Below, piece after piece: positions 30,983 through 40,147 of a DNA stretch of 64,000 nucleotides (positions are counted from its first letter, which is position 1; each line of letters begins with the position of its first letter). Position numbers and translations under genes: made by a program. This DNA is from Candidatus Latescibacterota bacterium. GTDB lineage: Bacteria > Latescibacterota > UBA2968. The DNA is taken from NCBI GenBank assembly GCA_965207885.1, contig OZ242311.1:5184001-5248000 (forward strand), in the 5' to 3' direction. The notes beneath the pieces are model-generated. The model worked only from the letters and a program-made list of their open reading frames with translations, had not been told where the DNA came from and did no database searches.

Positions 30983-32092
30983 ATGCTCTCAAAAGATAAA
31001 GCCTACGTCGAATTTGAGAATGTCTGCAAAAGTTACGACGGACGCACACTAATTGTCCAAAACGTCAACTTCAGCGTCCACAAGGGCGAATTTCTGACCC
31101 TGCTCGGCCCATCCGGATCGGGGAAAACGACCTGCCTGATGATGCTCGCTGGCTTCGAGACACCCACATCGGGCGACATCCGCATTGACGGGCGTTCTGT
31201 ACACGCACTGCCCCCGCGCAAGCGAGGCATTGGCATGGTATTTCAGAACTACGCGCTCTTCCCACACATGACAGTGGGCGGCAACCTGGCTTTTCCCCTT
31301 GAAGTACGTGGATTTGACCGCGAGCAGTGTCGCGAACGCGTGGCGCGTGCCCTGGACCTTGTTCGCCTCAGCGGCATGGAAGACCGGCGCCCAAACCAAC
31401 TCTCTGGCGGTCAGCAGCAGCGCGTGGCAATCGCCCGCGCGCTGGTATTTGAACCCGACCTGGTGCTGATGGACGAACCCCTCGGCGCACTTGACCGGCG
31501 CCTGCGCGAAGAGATGCAATACGAGATCCGCCGTATCCATCAGAGCCTCGGCGTAACCGTCGTTTACGTCACGCACGACCAGCAAGAGGCCATGGTAATG
31601 TCGAACCGCATCGCTGTCCTGCGCGGAGGAGACATCCAGCAAATTGCCGAACCCGAGGCTCTCTACGAAGAACCAGAGCGTTCATTTGTAGCGCGTTTCA
31701 TCGGCGAAAACAATCGCCTGAAAGGCCGCGTAACAAAAGTAAATGGGGACATCTGCGAAGTGGAAACCGGTGGCCAAATCATCCAGGCGTTGCGCATTGC
31801 ACCCTGCCAGAGCGGCGACGCCACCACGCTATCGATTCGCCCAGAGCGCGTCGCCATTGAACCCGAACCGGGCCTGTACACCAATGAACTCGAAGCAAAA
31901 GTCGAGGACATCACCTTTTTAGGCGACCATCTGCGCCTTCGCCTGAACGTGTGCGAGTCCTTGGAATTCATCGCAAAAATACCCAATACTGTGGGACACG
32001 GAGCCGTGCTGAAAGGCGATAAAATTCGCATCGGCTGGACACCAACAGACTGCCGGGTACTCGACCCGGACGACGAGGAGGAAATGACATGA
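30983..32092 (+). CDS. PotA-like ABC transporter ATPase
   Basis: GPSGSGKT, FQNYALFPHM, LSGGQQQR, LMDEP, TOBE tail. Confidence 0.93.
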   Translation: MLSKDKAYVEFENVCKSYDGRTLIVQNVNFSVHKGEFLTLLGPSGSGKTTCLMMLAGFETPTSGDIRIDGRSVHALPPRKRGIGMVFQNYALFPHMTVGGNLAFPLEVRGFDREQCRERVARALDLVRLSGMEDRRPNQLSGGQQQRVAIARALVFEPDLVLMDEPLGALDRRLREEMQYEIRRIHQSLGVTVVYVTHDQQEAMVMSNRIAVLRGGDIQQIAEPEALYEEPERSFVARFIGENNRLKGRVTKVNGDICEVETGGQIIQALRIAPCQSGDATTLSIRPERVAIEPEPGLYTNELEAKVEDITFLGDHLRLRLNVCESLEFIAKIPNTVGHGAVLKGDKIRIGWTPTDCRVLDPDDEEEMT

Positions 32093-33192
32093 ATACCAAA
32101 CAGAGAAAGACATTATGCACCGCGATAATAACCGCGCTGGCGATGTTGACTCTGGGCTGTGATTTTTCGGAAGACCGACCGCTGACTGTGGTCTCCTGGG
32201 GCGGATCTTATGCGCGCGCCTGCGTCAAAGGCTACCACGAGGCATTCACCGCTGAAACAGGCATTAAAATCAACCTCGAAGACTACAACGGCGGGCTGGC
32301 ACAAATCCGCGCACAGATTCAGGCGGGCAATGTGCATTGGGACGTCGTCGATTTGAGATTCCCGACATGGGCGCAAGGCTGCGATGAGGGTCTGCTCGAA
32401 CACGTTGAGATCGACTCGCTGCCACCGGGAGCCGACGGAACGCCTGCGGAAGAGGATTTTCTGTTCGGGACATCTACAGACTGTGGCGTAGCAACACTGT
32501 TTTACTCCACCATATACGCGTACAACAAGGAGAATATCCCGGGCGAAAAACCCACCACAATAGCCGATTTCTTTGACCTCGAAAAATTCCCCGGACGACG
32601 GGGCATGCGCCGCTCTCCCCAGGAGAACCTGGAATTCGCACTGATCGCCGACGGCGTACCGCTCAACAAGGTATATACCACCCTCGACACGCCCGAAGGC
32701 GTGGATCGCGCCTTCCGCAAGCTGGGCACCATCAAAGACCACATCGTATGGTGGGAAGCCGGGGCACAGCCACCGCAGATGCTCGCCGATGGCGAGGTGG
32801 TCATGACCACGGCTTACAACGGGCGCATCTTCAATGCTCAGGTATTGGAAGATCAGCCCTTTGTCATCGTGTGGGACGGACAAATACTGGATCTATCTGG
32901 TCTCGCCATTGTCGCGGGAACGCCGAATCTCGAAGCCGCAAAGAAATTTCTCAATTTCGCCTCAACAGCGGGGGCCATGGCCGGTGTCGGTAGCTACATT
33001 GCCTACAGCCCCACGCGCCACTCTGCGGAGGCACTGATATCGAAACATGCCGAAAAGGACATCGATATGAAACCCCACATGCCCAACAGTCCGCAAAATT
33101 CTAAGCGCGCCCTGCGAAATGCCTGGGAATGGTGGAGCGTTCACATCGACGAAATGAACGAACGCTTCAGCACCTGGCTGGCTACTCAGTGA
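32089..33192 (+). CDS. PotD/PotF-like ABC substrate-binding lipoprotein (copy 1)
   Basis: Lipobox LTLGC, VVSWGGSY, WDVVD, ALIADGV, AYNGR. Confidence 0.9.
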   Translation: MNTKQRKTLCTAIITALAMLTLGCDFSEDRPLTVVSWGGSYARACVKGYHEAFTAETGIKINLEDYNGGLAQIRAQIQAGNVHWDVVDLRFPTWAQGCDEGLLEHVEIDSLPPGADGTPAEEDFLFGTSTDCGVATLFYSTIYAYNKENIPGEKPTTIADFFDLEKFPGRRGMRRSPQENLEFALIADGVPLNKVYTTLDTPEGVDRAFRKLGTIKDHIVWWEAGAQPPQMLADGEVVMTTAYNGRIFNAQVLEDQPFVIVWDGQILDLSGLAIVAGTPNLEAAKKFLNFASTAGAMAGVGSYIAYSPTRHSAEALISKHAEKDIDMKPHMPNSPQNSKRALRNAWEWWSVHIDEMNERFSTWLATQ

Positions 33193-33248
33193 GGAATATG
33201 TCTGAACACCTATAGACAGATCTTCTACTCAAATGAGGAGGAAATAAC

Positions 33249-34355
33249 TTGAAGTGGAAAAACAAGTGTAAAACGGCGTTTTATCTAACTGTACTGACCG
33301 CGCTGGCGATATGGACCTCAGGTCTTGCAACTGCCAACGATAGACCTCTGACCGTGGTCTCCTGGGGCGGATCTTATGCACGCGCCTGCGTCAAAGGCTA
33401 CCACGAAGCGTTCACCGCTGAAACAGGCATTAAAATCAACCTCGAAGACTACAACGGCGGGCTGGCACAAATCCGCGCACAGGTCGAATCGGGCAATGTG
33501 CATTGGGACGTCGTCGATATGGAAATTCCCGACATGGTGCGAGGCTGTGACGAGGGCCTGCTCGAACCCATCCCGGTAAACTCGCTGCCAGCGGGAGCCG
33601 ATGGAACACCTGCGTCACAGGATTTTCCGATCGGAACGATGACGGATTGCGGTCCGGCAACGATATTTTACTCCACCGTATATGCGTACAACGAAGAGAA
33701 TATCCCGGGTGAAAAACCCACCACAATGGCCGACTTCTTTGACCTCGAAAAATTCCCCGGACGCAGGGGCATGCGCCGCTCACCCCTGGTGAACCTGGAA
33801 TTCGCGCTAATCGCCGACGGCGTACCGCTCAACAAAGTATATCCCACGCTCAATACACCCGAAGGCGTGGACCGCGCCTTTCGCAAGTTAGACACCATCA
33901 AAGACCACATCGTATGGTGGGAAGCCGGGGCACAGCCGCCGCAGATGCTCGCCGATGGCGAAGTCGTGATGTCCACAGCCTACAACGGACGCATCTTCAA
34001 TGCCCAGGTATTGGAAGATCAACCCTTTGTCATCGTGTGGGACGGACAAATACTGGACACAGGCGGGCTTGTCATTGTCGCTGGAACGAAGAACCTCGAA
34101 GCCGCAAAGAAATTTCTCCATTTCGCCGCAACAGCGAAAGCCATAGCTGGCGTCGGCCGTTACATCGCCTACAGCCCCACGCGTATCTCCGCAGAGGCAC
34201 TGATATCGACGCACGCCGAGAAAGGTGTGGAAATGAACCCCCACATGCCCAACAGCCCGCAAAATTCTAAGCGCGCCCTGAGAAATTCCTGGGAATGGTG
34301 GAGCGATCACATCGACGAAATGAACGAGCGCTTCAGCGCCTGGTTGGCGCAGTGA
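33249..34355 (+). CDS. PotD/PotF-like ABC substrate-binding protein (copy 2)
   Basis: Near-identical paralog of 32089-33192; TTG start after GAGGAGG; SPase I-type signal. Confidence 0.9.
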   Translation: MKWKNKCKTAFYLTVLTALAIWTSGLATANDRPLTVVSWGGSYARACVKGYHEAFTAETGIKINLEDYNGGLAQIRAQVESGNVHWDVVDMEIPDMVRGCDEGLLEPIPVNSLPAGADGTPASQDFPIGTMTDCGPATIFYSTVYAYNEENIPGEKPTTMADFFDLEKFPGRRGMRRSPLVNLEFALIADGVPLNKVYPTLNTPEGVDRAFRKLDTIKDHIVWWEAGAQPPQMLADGEVVMSTAYNGRIFNAQVLEDQPFVIVWDGQILDTGGLVIVAGTKNLEAAKKFLHFAATAKAIAGVGRYIAYSPTRISAEALISTHAEKGVEMNPHMPNSPQNSKRALRNSWEWWSDHIDEMNERFSAWLAQ

Positions 34356-34380
34356 GAGAGGTATCGCGGTGTACTAAAAA

Positions 34381-35595
34381 ATGAAACCAAATATAGACAT
34401 CAAAACCACCATCCTTCGTCCGCGGCTGCGCGCTACGGGACTGGTATTGCCGCTGCTGGCATTCATCGGCGTCACCTTTATCGCGCCGCTGGCGACAATG
34501 CTCGTACACAGTGTGTACGATCCCACAGTAGGCAATGCCCTGCCCGAAACTCTCAAACTGCTGAGGGAATGGGATGGAAAGAGCATACCCGACGAAGCAG
34601 TGTATGCAACGGCTGCGCGCGAGCTATTAAAAGCGCGCAAAGATCGCTCACTGGGTCGGGTCGCCACCCGAGTCAACCGCGTGCATCCGGGCCTGCGCAG
34701 TGTTTTCACGCGCAGCGCGAGATCGTTGCAAAACGTCCGAGAAGGTCCTTATCGCGATGCCATGATCGGCCTTAATACCGCATGGGGCGATGTACAAACC
34801 TGGCACGCGATCCGCAGTGCTGGAGATCGTTACACCACGCGGCACTATCTCAATGCCCTCGACCTGCAACCCCTGCCCGACGGATCCATCGCTCGCCAGC
34901 CCCCAGAGCGCCGCATCTACCTGTCCCTCTTGTGGCGCACCTTTATCGTGAGCCTGAGCATCACCGCGATCTGCCTGCTGCTCGGCTACCCCATCGCCCA
35001 CCTGATCGCGCATTCGCCTCCGCGCATTGCAAACCTGCTCCTCATCCTCGTACTCGTGCCCTTCTGGACATCGCTCCTCGTGAGAACCACATCCTGGATC
35101 GTACTGCTCCAGACCCAGGGCGTAATCAACGACTTGCTCGTCACAATTGGGCTGATCGGCGACGACGGACGCCTCGCCATGATATACAACATGACTGGCA
35201 CACTGGTGGCAATGACCCATGTGCTCCTGCCCTTTATGATCCTGCCTCTTTATTCGATCATGCGCGCCATCCCACCGAGCCAGATGAGTGCCGCTGCATC
35301 GCTGGGTGCAAACTCCTTTCAGTCATTTTGGCGCGTGTACTGGCCACAGACTCTCCCCGGCGTAGGTGCCGGATCACTGCTGGTATTCATCCTCGCCATA
35401 GGCTACTACATCACCCCCGCTCTGGTAGGCGGCAGCACCGGGCAACTCATCTCCAACATGATCGCCTACCACATGCAGACCTCGCTCAACTGGAGCCTGG
35501 CCGGAGCACTTGGCGGCATCTTGCTGGTATGCGTGATCGCGCTCTATCTGCTCTACGACCGCATAGTCGGCATTGACCGCATGAAATTGGGCTAA
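34381..35595 (+). CDS. PotB-like ABC permease
   Basis: LLLGYP, PFWTSLLVR, HVLLPFMILPLY, AAASLGA. Confidence 0.92.
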   Translation: MKPNIDIKTTILRPRLRATGLVLPLLAFIGVTFIAPLATMLVHSVYDPTVGNALPETLKLLREWDGKSIPDEAVYATAARELLKARKDRSLGRVATRVNRVHPGLRSVFTRSARSLQNVREGPYRDAMIGLNTAWGDVQTWHAIRSAGDRYTTRHYLNALDLQPLPDGSIARQPPERRIYLSLLWRTFIVSLSITAICLLLGYPIAHLIAHSPPRIANLLLILVLVPFWTSLLVRTTSWIVLLQTQGVINDLLVTIGLIGDDGRLAMIYNMTGTLVAMTHVLLPFMILPLYSIMRAIPPSQMSAAASLGANSFQSFWRVYWPQTLPGVGAGSLLVFILAIGYYITPALVGGSTGQLISNMIAYHMQTSLNWSLAGALGGILLVCVIALYLLYDRIVGIDRMKLG

Positions 35596-35596
35596 C

Positions 35597-36424
35597 ATGA
35601 TCTCGACACAACACATTGGCCGGGTCGCGTACCTGGCCTCCTGTACCCTGATCTTCGCATTCTTAATCGCGCCAATTCTGGTGATCGTACCCCTGAGCTT
35701 CAATTCCGAACCCTACTTCACCTTCACCGAAGGCATGCTGCGCCTGGACGCCGAAGCGTATTCTCTGCGCTGGTATCGACAAATCATCGAAAACGAACTG
35801 TGGACGCGCGGGCTGATCAACAGCCTGATCATCGGCATCGCTTCTACCGCGCTGGCAACTGCGCTGGGCACACTCGCTGCGCTGGGTCTATCCAGCCCCG
35901 CCATGCCCGGTCGTCGCATCGCAATGGCGCTATTGATCTCGCCGATGGTCACGCCAGTGATCATCTCCGCGGCGGGCATGTTCTTTTTTTACTCAACCCT
36001 GGGCCTCGCACAAACCCACATCGGATTGATCCTATCCCACGCCGCACTGGGCACGCCATTTGTCGTAATCACTGTAACCGCTACCCTATCCGCCTTTGAT
36101 ACAAACCTGACGCGCGCTGCCGCAAGCCTTGGTGCCTCACCGATCCTCACGTTTCGCAGAGTACAACTGCCGCTAATCGCACCGGGCGTTATTTCTGGCG
36201 CGCTCTTCGCATTTGCAACATCTTTTGACGAAGTAGTAGTCGTCCTTTTCATGGGCGGTATAGAACAGCGCACCATTCCGCGCCAGATGTGGGCGGGCAT
36301 CCGCGAGCAAATCAGCCCGACCATCCTCGCCGTCGCAACATTTTTGATCGCCTTCGCCGTGTTGCTACTGCTCACCGTCGAATGGCTGCGCCGACGCTCC
36401 GCCACCTCTTCTCAAGCAGACTGA
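35597..36424 (+). CDS. PotC-like ABC permease
   Basis: SLRWY, AAASLGA, FATSFDEVVV. Confidence 0.92.
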   Translation: MISTQHIGRVAYLASCTLIFAFLIAPILVIVPLSFNSEPYFTFTEGMLRLDAEAYSLRWYRQIIENELWTRGLINSLIIGIASTALATALGTLAALGLSSPAMPGRRIAMALLISPMVTPVIISAAGMFFFYSTLGLAQTHIGLILSHAALGTPFVVITVTATLSAFDTNLTRAAASLGASPILTFRRVQLPLIAPGVISGALFAFATSFDEVVVVLFMGGIEQRTIPRQMWAGIREQISPTILAVATFLIAFAVLLLLTVEWLRRRSATSSQAD

Positions 36425-36431
36425 GGTCAAA

Positions 36432-37754
36432 ATGGCCGATTTACAGACAACAGTACGCGATATTTTGATCTTTATCCAGGATCGGTTGTATTTTAACCGG
36501 GCAGACCTGGAGATCGAAGGACAAAAACACAATGCCGCTTTGCTGCTCAGCGCCCTGACGGGATTATTAGGAGGCAAAATTCTGATCGTGGGCGAACCCG
36601 GCCTGGGCAAAACAACATCGGCTGAATATATCGGAGCGCTACTATATCGCATGCCATTGGGGGCTGTGTGGGAAGCCGAAGTAAGTGGCCATCCCGAACA
36701 GACCGAAGAAAAAATTGTCGGGCGCCCAAACCTCGGCGCACTCAACCGCGGCGAAGAAGATGTGGTGTGGTCGGCATTTTCCGTCCTACCCGTCAAAGTC
36801 GTAGATGAAATCAACCGCCTGCCGGAAACCAAGCAGAGCTTGATCCTCAATGGCGTGGATCGCGGCAACTGGTCCTACTTGAACCAGATGCAAATCAACG
36901 ATGAATACTGTTTGTTCGCAACGGCCAACTATCAGGACCGCGGAACAAATACCATCGTTGTCCCCCTTTTGGATCGCTTTGACGTAATGGTGGAATCCAA
37001 ATATCCGGGCGCGAATTTGTCCTGGATGATCGGCACCGAATCCTCTCCTGCACATCTCCTGCGAGATCCCCAACGCGAGCAAGCACTCCAGGCCTGTCTG
37101 GTCAACCCCAACGCCGAAGCAGAGATAGAAGAGATTTGCGAAGATTATGGAAAAGCGATCTCTGAGCGTTTGTCCGTACCAACCCTGGGGAGAACTGAAC
37201 GCGAAACGATTCGCAGTGAAATGAGCGCATTGCCTTTCCAGGCCGATGCCAGTGCCTATATTCGAACCTTTTTGGCCGAACTGTCTTTCTGCTGCAAATA
37301 CGGACAAAAACGCACAAATGAAGTCTGTGGCGAAGGCTGTCATTACACGGGCTACCTGTGTTATGAAGTACAAACATGCCCGTCCAATCGCCTGCCCATC
37401 TCCATCCGGCGCTACGCACAGGCACTCGCCTGGGTGCTGCGCGACAAAGAAGTGGATATCGAACATATCCGCACGATATTGCCATACACCTGTGCTCACC
37501 GCATCCAATGGCGAGATGAGGAAGAAACGCGAGACCACCGGGATGATGTATTGCCCATTCACAGAGCGCGAGAAGCGGTGCGACAAGTCTTTCGGCGCTA
37601 CACCGAGCAAAGCGAGCGCATCCAAACAGCTCTGGTAACTGCCAATCGCATCTTGAGTGGCGCCGACGAGAAACCCATTCAGGGCGAACACCCCATTTAC
37701 ATGGAAATTATGCGAGATCTGGGACAAGAGCCTGTACGTCCAGAATTTTCGTAA
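36432..37754 (+). CDS. MoxR-like AAA+ ATPase with Cys-rich insert
   Basis: Walker A GEPGLGKT, Walker B VVDEINR, sensor I FATAN, R-finger LLDRF, HRI. Confidence 0.88.
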   Translation: MADLQTTVRDILIFIQDRLYFNRADLEIEGQKHNAALLLSALTGLLGGKILIVGEPGLGKTTSAEYIGALLYRMPLGAVWEAEVSGHPEQTEEKIVGRPNLGALNRGEEDVVWSAFSVLPVKVVDEINRLPETKQSLILNGVDRGNWSYLNQMQINDEYCLFATANYQDRGTNTIVVPLLDRFDVMVESKYPGANLSWMIGTESSPAHLLRDPQREQALQACLVNPNAEAEIEEICEDYGKAISERLSVPTLGRTERETIRSEMSALPFQADASAYIRTFLAELSFCCKYGQKRTNEVCGEGCHYTGYLCYEVQTCPSNRLPISIRRYAQALAWVLRDKEVDIEHIRTILPYTCAHRIQWRDEEETRDHRDDVLPIHRAREAVRQVFRRYTEQSERIQTALVTANRILSGADEKPIQGEHPIYMEIMRDLGQEPVRPEFS

Positions 37755-37776
37755 TTCCAACTTGACAGAGCCAGAC

Positions 37777-38553
37777 ATGCGACAAAACCCATTTCGAGAA
37801 TTTGACCGGATTGCACCATCCGATTTGAACCCTGAAAACGCAGAACGCGTCAACGGCTTACTATCTCCAAAGCGCAATCCCTTCGCCGAATTTGTCGAAG
37901 ATGCACACAAAAAGCGCGCCCTGCCCATGGATGAAATTCTCGCATCTCACACCGAGACAATGGATCGGTTAACAGCAGCTTATCGCTCACTGATCGACGA
38001 ATGCGTCGGCGAGGGACTCTGGCAAGCCGACCGCAAAACCATTGAATCGACCTATGCTGCGGCATCGCAGATGGTGGGACAAATCGATTGGGAAATGACC
38101 GATATCGAAGCGTTTTGCGCGCACGCCTTGCAAAGCAATGACACGGCTTTCTTTGTCATGGAACCCCTCGGCTTGTTCTTATCGGCCTTTTGCAACGCAT
38201 CGTCCCAGTCGGATATTCATCTCGATCTCACGGGTCACGACTTGCGCCTATCCCTTATGGGATATCGCCTTCGCAAAGACATCACACTGACAATTGTGGG
38301 AGACCTGGGCGACCTCACGGGCATTTCGCTCATGGGAGGCTGTCTGAAGATCGAGGGAAATGTCCGACATTATCTGGGCGCGGGTATGATCGACGGACGG
38401 ATTGAAGTCTCGGGAGACGCGGGCAGATCCATCGGAGAACAAATGCGAGCCGGCGAAATCCACATTGGCGGACGCCTGGGAGGTGTGGGCAATACCGAAG
38501 GCGGCGCGATTTATCACCGCGAACAAATGCTCAGAGGAACAAAAACAAAATGA
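37777..38553 (+). CDS. GXGXG (FwdC/GltB C-terminal-like) beta-helix protein with helical N-terminus
   Basis: Repeats IVGDLGDLTGISLMGG / IEGNVRHYLGAGMIDG / VSGDAGRSIGEQMRAGEIHIGG. Confidence 0.75.
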   Translation: MRQNPFREFDRIAPSDLNPENAERVNGLLSPKRNPFAEFVEDAHKKRALPMDEILASHTETMDRLTAAYRSLIDECVGEGLWQADRKTIESTYAAASQMVGQIDWEMTDIEAFCAHALQSNDTAFFVMEPLGLFLSAFCNASSQSDIHLDLTGHDLRLSLMGYRLRKDITLTIVGDLGDLTGISLMGGCLKIEGNVRHYLGAGMIDGRIEVSGDAGRSIGEQMRAGEIHIGGRLGGVGNTEGGAIYHREQMLRGTKTK

Positions 38554-40073
38554 ACTTCAACGACATCATCCAGCGCGTTTGGCCCGCTGTTCGCAAGCGC
38601 CATCTATTTCCCGAATTGCCGACGCCAGAAGTAATCGAAACAGGCGACGAAGCCGCGAGCATTCAAATGACGGACAAAGTAATCCAATTGAATGCCAATC
38701 GACTAACCGCCCTCGCGCAAGTAATGGACATAGAAGACGCCACCTCTGCACTACTGGATCACGGCGTGGGGCATCACACCGTTTGTCCCTGGGATTTTGA
38801 GACGCATTTAAAGCTATATGCCGCGCTCAAACCCGTGTTATTGGATGGAGCACTGGTCAAGCAGGTAGTCGAATATTTCTCGGACGTGGTGGTCGATACC
38901 CATGCCGTGCGCGAGCGCGAATCGAAATTGCCCGAAGTGTATCGCCAGGCTGAATCGAGTGAAGTGACAGACGTAATTCGGGCATTGTATCAGCGTCTCT
39001 GGGGAGAAAATTTGGGCGTGGAAGATCGCGGCGAAGTAGATCGGCTCGCCCGCATACCCTATCTGGACGCCTCACAGTGGGGCGATAGTCTTCGATCATT
39101 TGCACAGGTAATTGCCCCGTTGATCCAAAAAGAAATGGACGATGGAAATGGACAGGGTGGCATGATGGGCGATACCCAGCAGTATTCCGCAGGCGAACTC
39201 GCGGAGGGAATGGCGCAATTTGCCGAGCAGGGATTTTACGCCTTTCGAGAAATGGTGCGCGATTTTGCCGACGAGCTACAAGACGCCAACATGATGCCCG
39301 ATATGGGCCGGGGCAAAGGCACGCCCTCGGATGCCGACCTCTTGTTTTACATGGCGCGCGCATCCGCATTTCGCCTGCCCGTACAAACCATGCCCCTGGA
39401 AAAAGTGGGCGGATTACATCCGCATTCACATTCGCCCTGGGAAATTGGCAAACCCGTTCAGCACATCGATGTATGGACGAGTTTTGGGCGCGTCATGCCG
39501 GGCATTTCCCAGATGTGGAACTGGCGAGATGGCGAAACCCACGGCGATGGCGATGGCATACCCGATTGTGTGGTCATTGTCGATTCCTCGGGCAGTATGG
39601 TCGATCCGTGTCGGGAAATATCCCACGCCGTCTTAGGCGCCGGATGCGCCGCCGATGCGTATTTGCGACGGGGCAAGCGCGTGGCTGTTTACAATTTTAG
39701 CGATGCACAGGCCGGCGGGAAAGAAGTGCTGGATTTCTCAAGAGATCGCAAGCGCGTATTCTTTGCACTGTGCCGCTACTTCGGAGGTGGAACAGCATTG
39801 CATCTGCCGGATCTGGAACCCCTCCTCAAAAATCATGTGGATATTTTTCTCATAACAGATATGCAGATCACCAACCTCGATGCACTGATGCAATTTCTGA
39901 TCCAAAAAGAAAATCGGGTAACCGCTGTTCACGTAGCGCAAAACCGGGATGCCCAACGATTTCGCCAGCGGGCTGCTGCTGCGGATCACATCTGTGTTTA
40001 TGCAGTTGAACGCACAGAGGATATTCCAGATATTGTAATATCTGAAGTAAAAACGCGATTTCAGGCTATTTAG
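38550..40073 (+). CDS. vWA domain protein with zincin-like N-terminal domain
   Basis: MIDAS DSSGS...GGGT...ITD; N-terminal HGVGHH and FSDVVVD; ATGA overlap with upstream gene. Confidence 0.82.
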   Translation: MNFNDIIQRVWPAVRKRHLFPELPTPEVIETGDEAASIQMTDKVIQLNANRLTALAQVMDIEDATSALLDHGVGHHTVCPWDFETHLKLYAALKPVLLDGALVKQVVEYFSDVVVDTHAVRERESKLPEVYRQAESSEVTDVIRALYQRLWGENLGVEDRGEVDRLARIPYLDASQWGDSLRSFAQVIAPLIQKEMDDGNGQGGMMGDTQQYSAGELAEGMAQFAEQGFYAFREMVRDFADELQDANMMPDMGRGKGTPSDADLLFYMARASAFRLPVQTMPLEKVGGLHPHSHSPWEIGKPVQHIDVWTSFGRVMPGISQMWNWRDGETHGDGDGIPDCVVIVDSSGSMVDPCREISHAVLGAGCAADAYLRRGKRVAVYNFSDAQAGGKEVLDFSRDRKRVFFALCRYFGGGTALHLPDLEPLLKNHVDIFLITDMQITNLDALMQFLIQKENRVTAVHVAQNRDAQRFRQRAAAADHICVYAVERTEDIPDIVISEVKTRFQAI

Positions 40074-40147
40074 CCTGTACACGTCCCGCACAGATCTGCC
40101 GGGACAGACCTGGCAGGCGGACATTTACCTATTATCCAGGAGAAAAC

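Noticed and set aside
32180-34340. Near-identical DNA blocks as a possible DGR TR/VR pair or assembly artefact
   Set aside because: Both copies are full ORFs with differences at all four bases, many synonymous; no RT; consistent with gene duplication
36786-37928. 380-aa antisense ORF over the MoxR gene (also 7061-7936 +, 6007-6816 +, 15039-15836 +, 42357-43190 -)
   Set aside because: Shadow ORFs opposite well-supported genes; no motifs, explained by codon bias
37777-38553. Formylmethanofuran dehydrogenase subunit C / C1 metabolism
   Set aside because: Too few repeats, extra helical domain, and no fwdA/B/D or other H4MPT-pathway genes in the window
40074-40147. Possible structured RNA between the vWA and FKBP genes
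   Set aside because: Only short imperfect stems; no recognisable riboswitch or terminator U-tract
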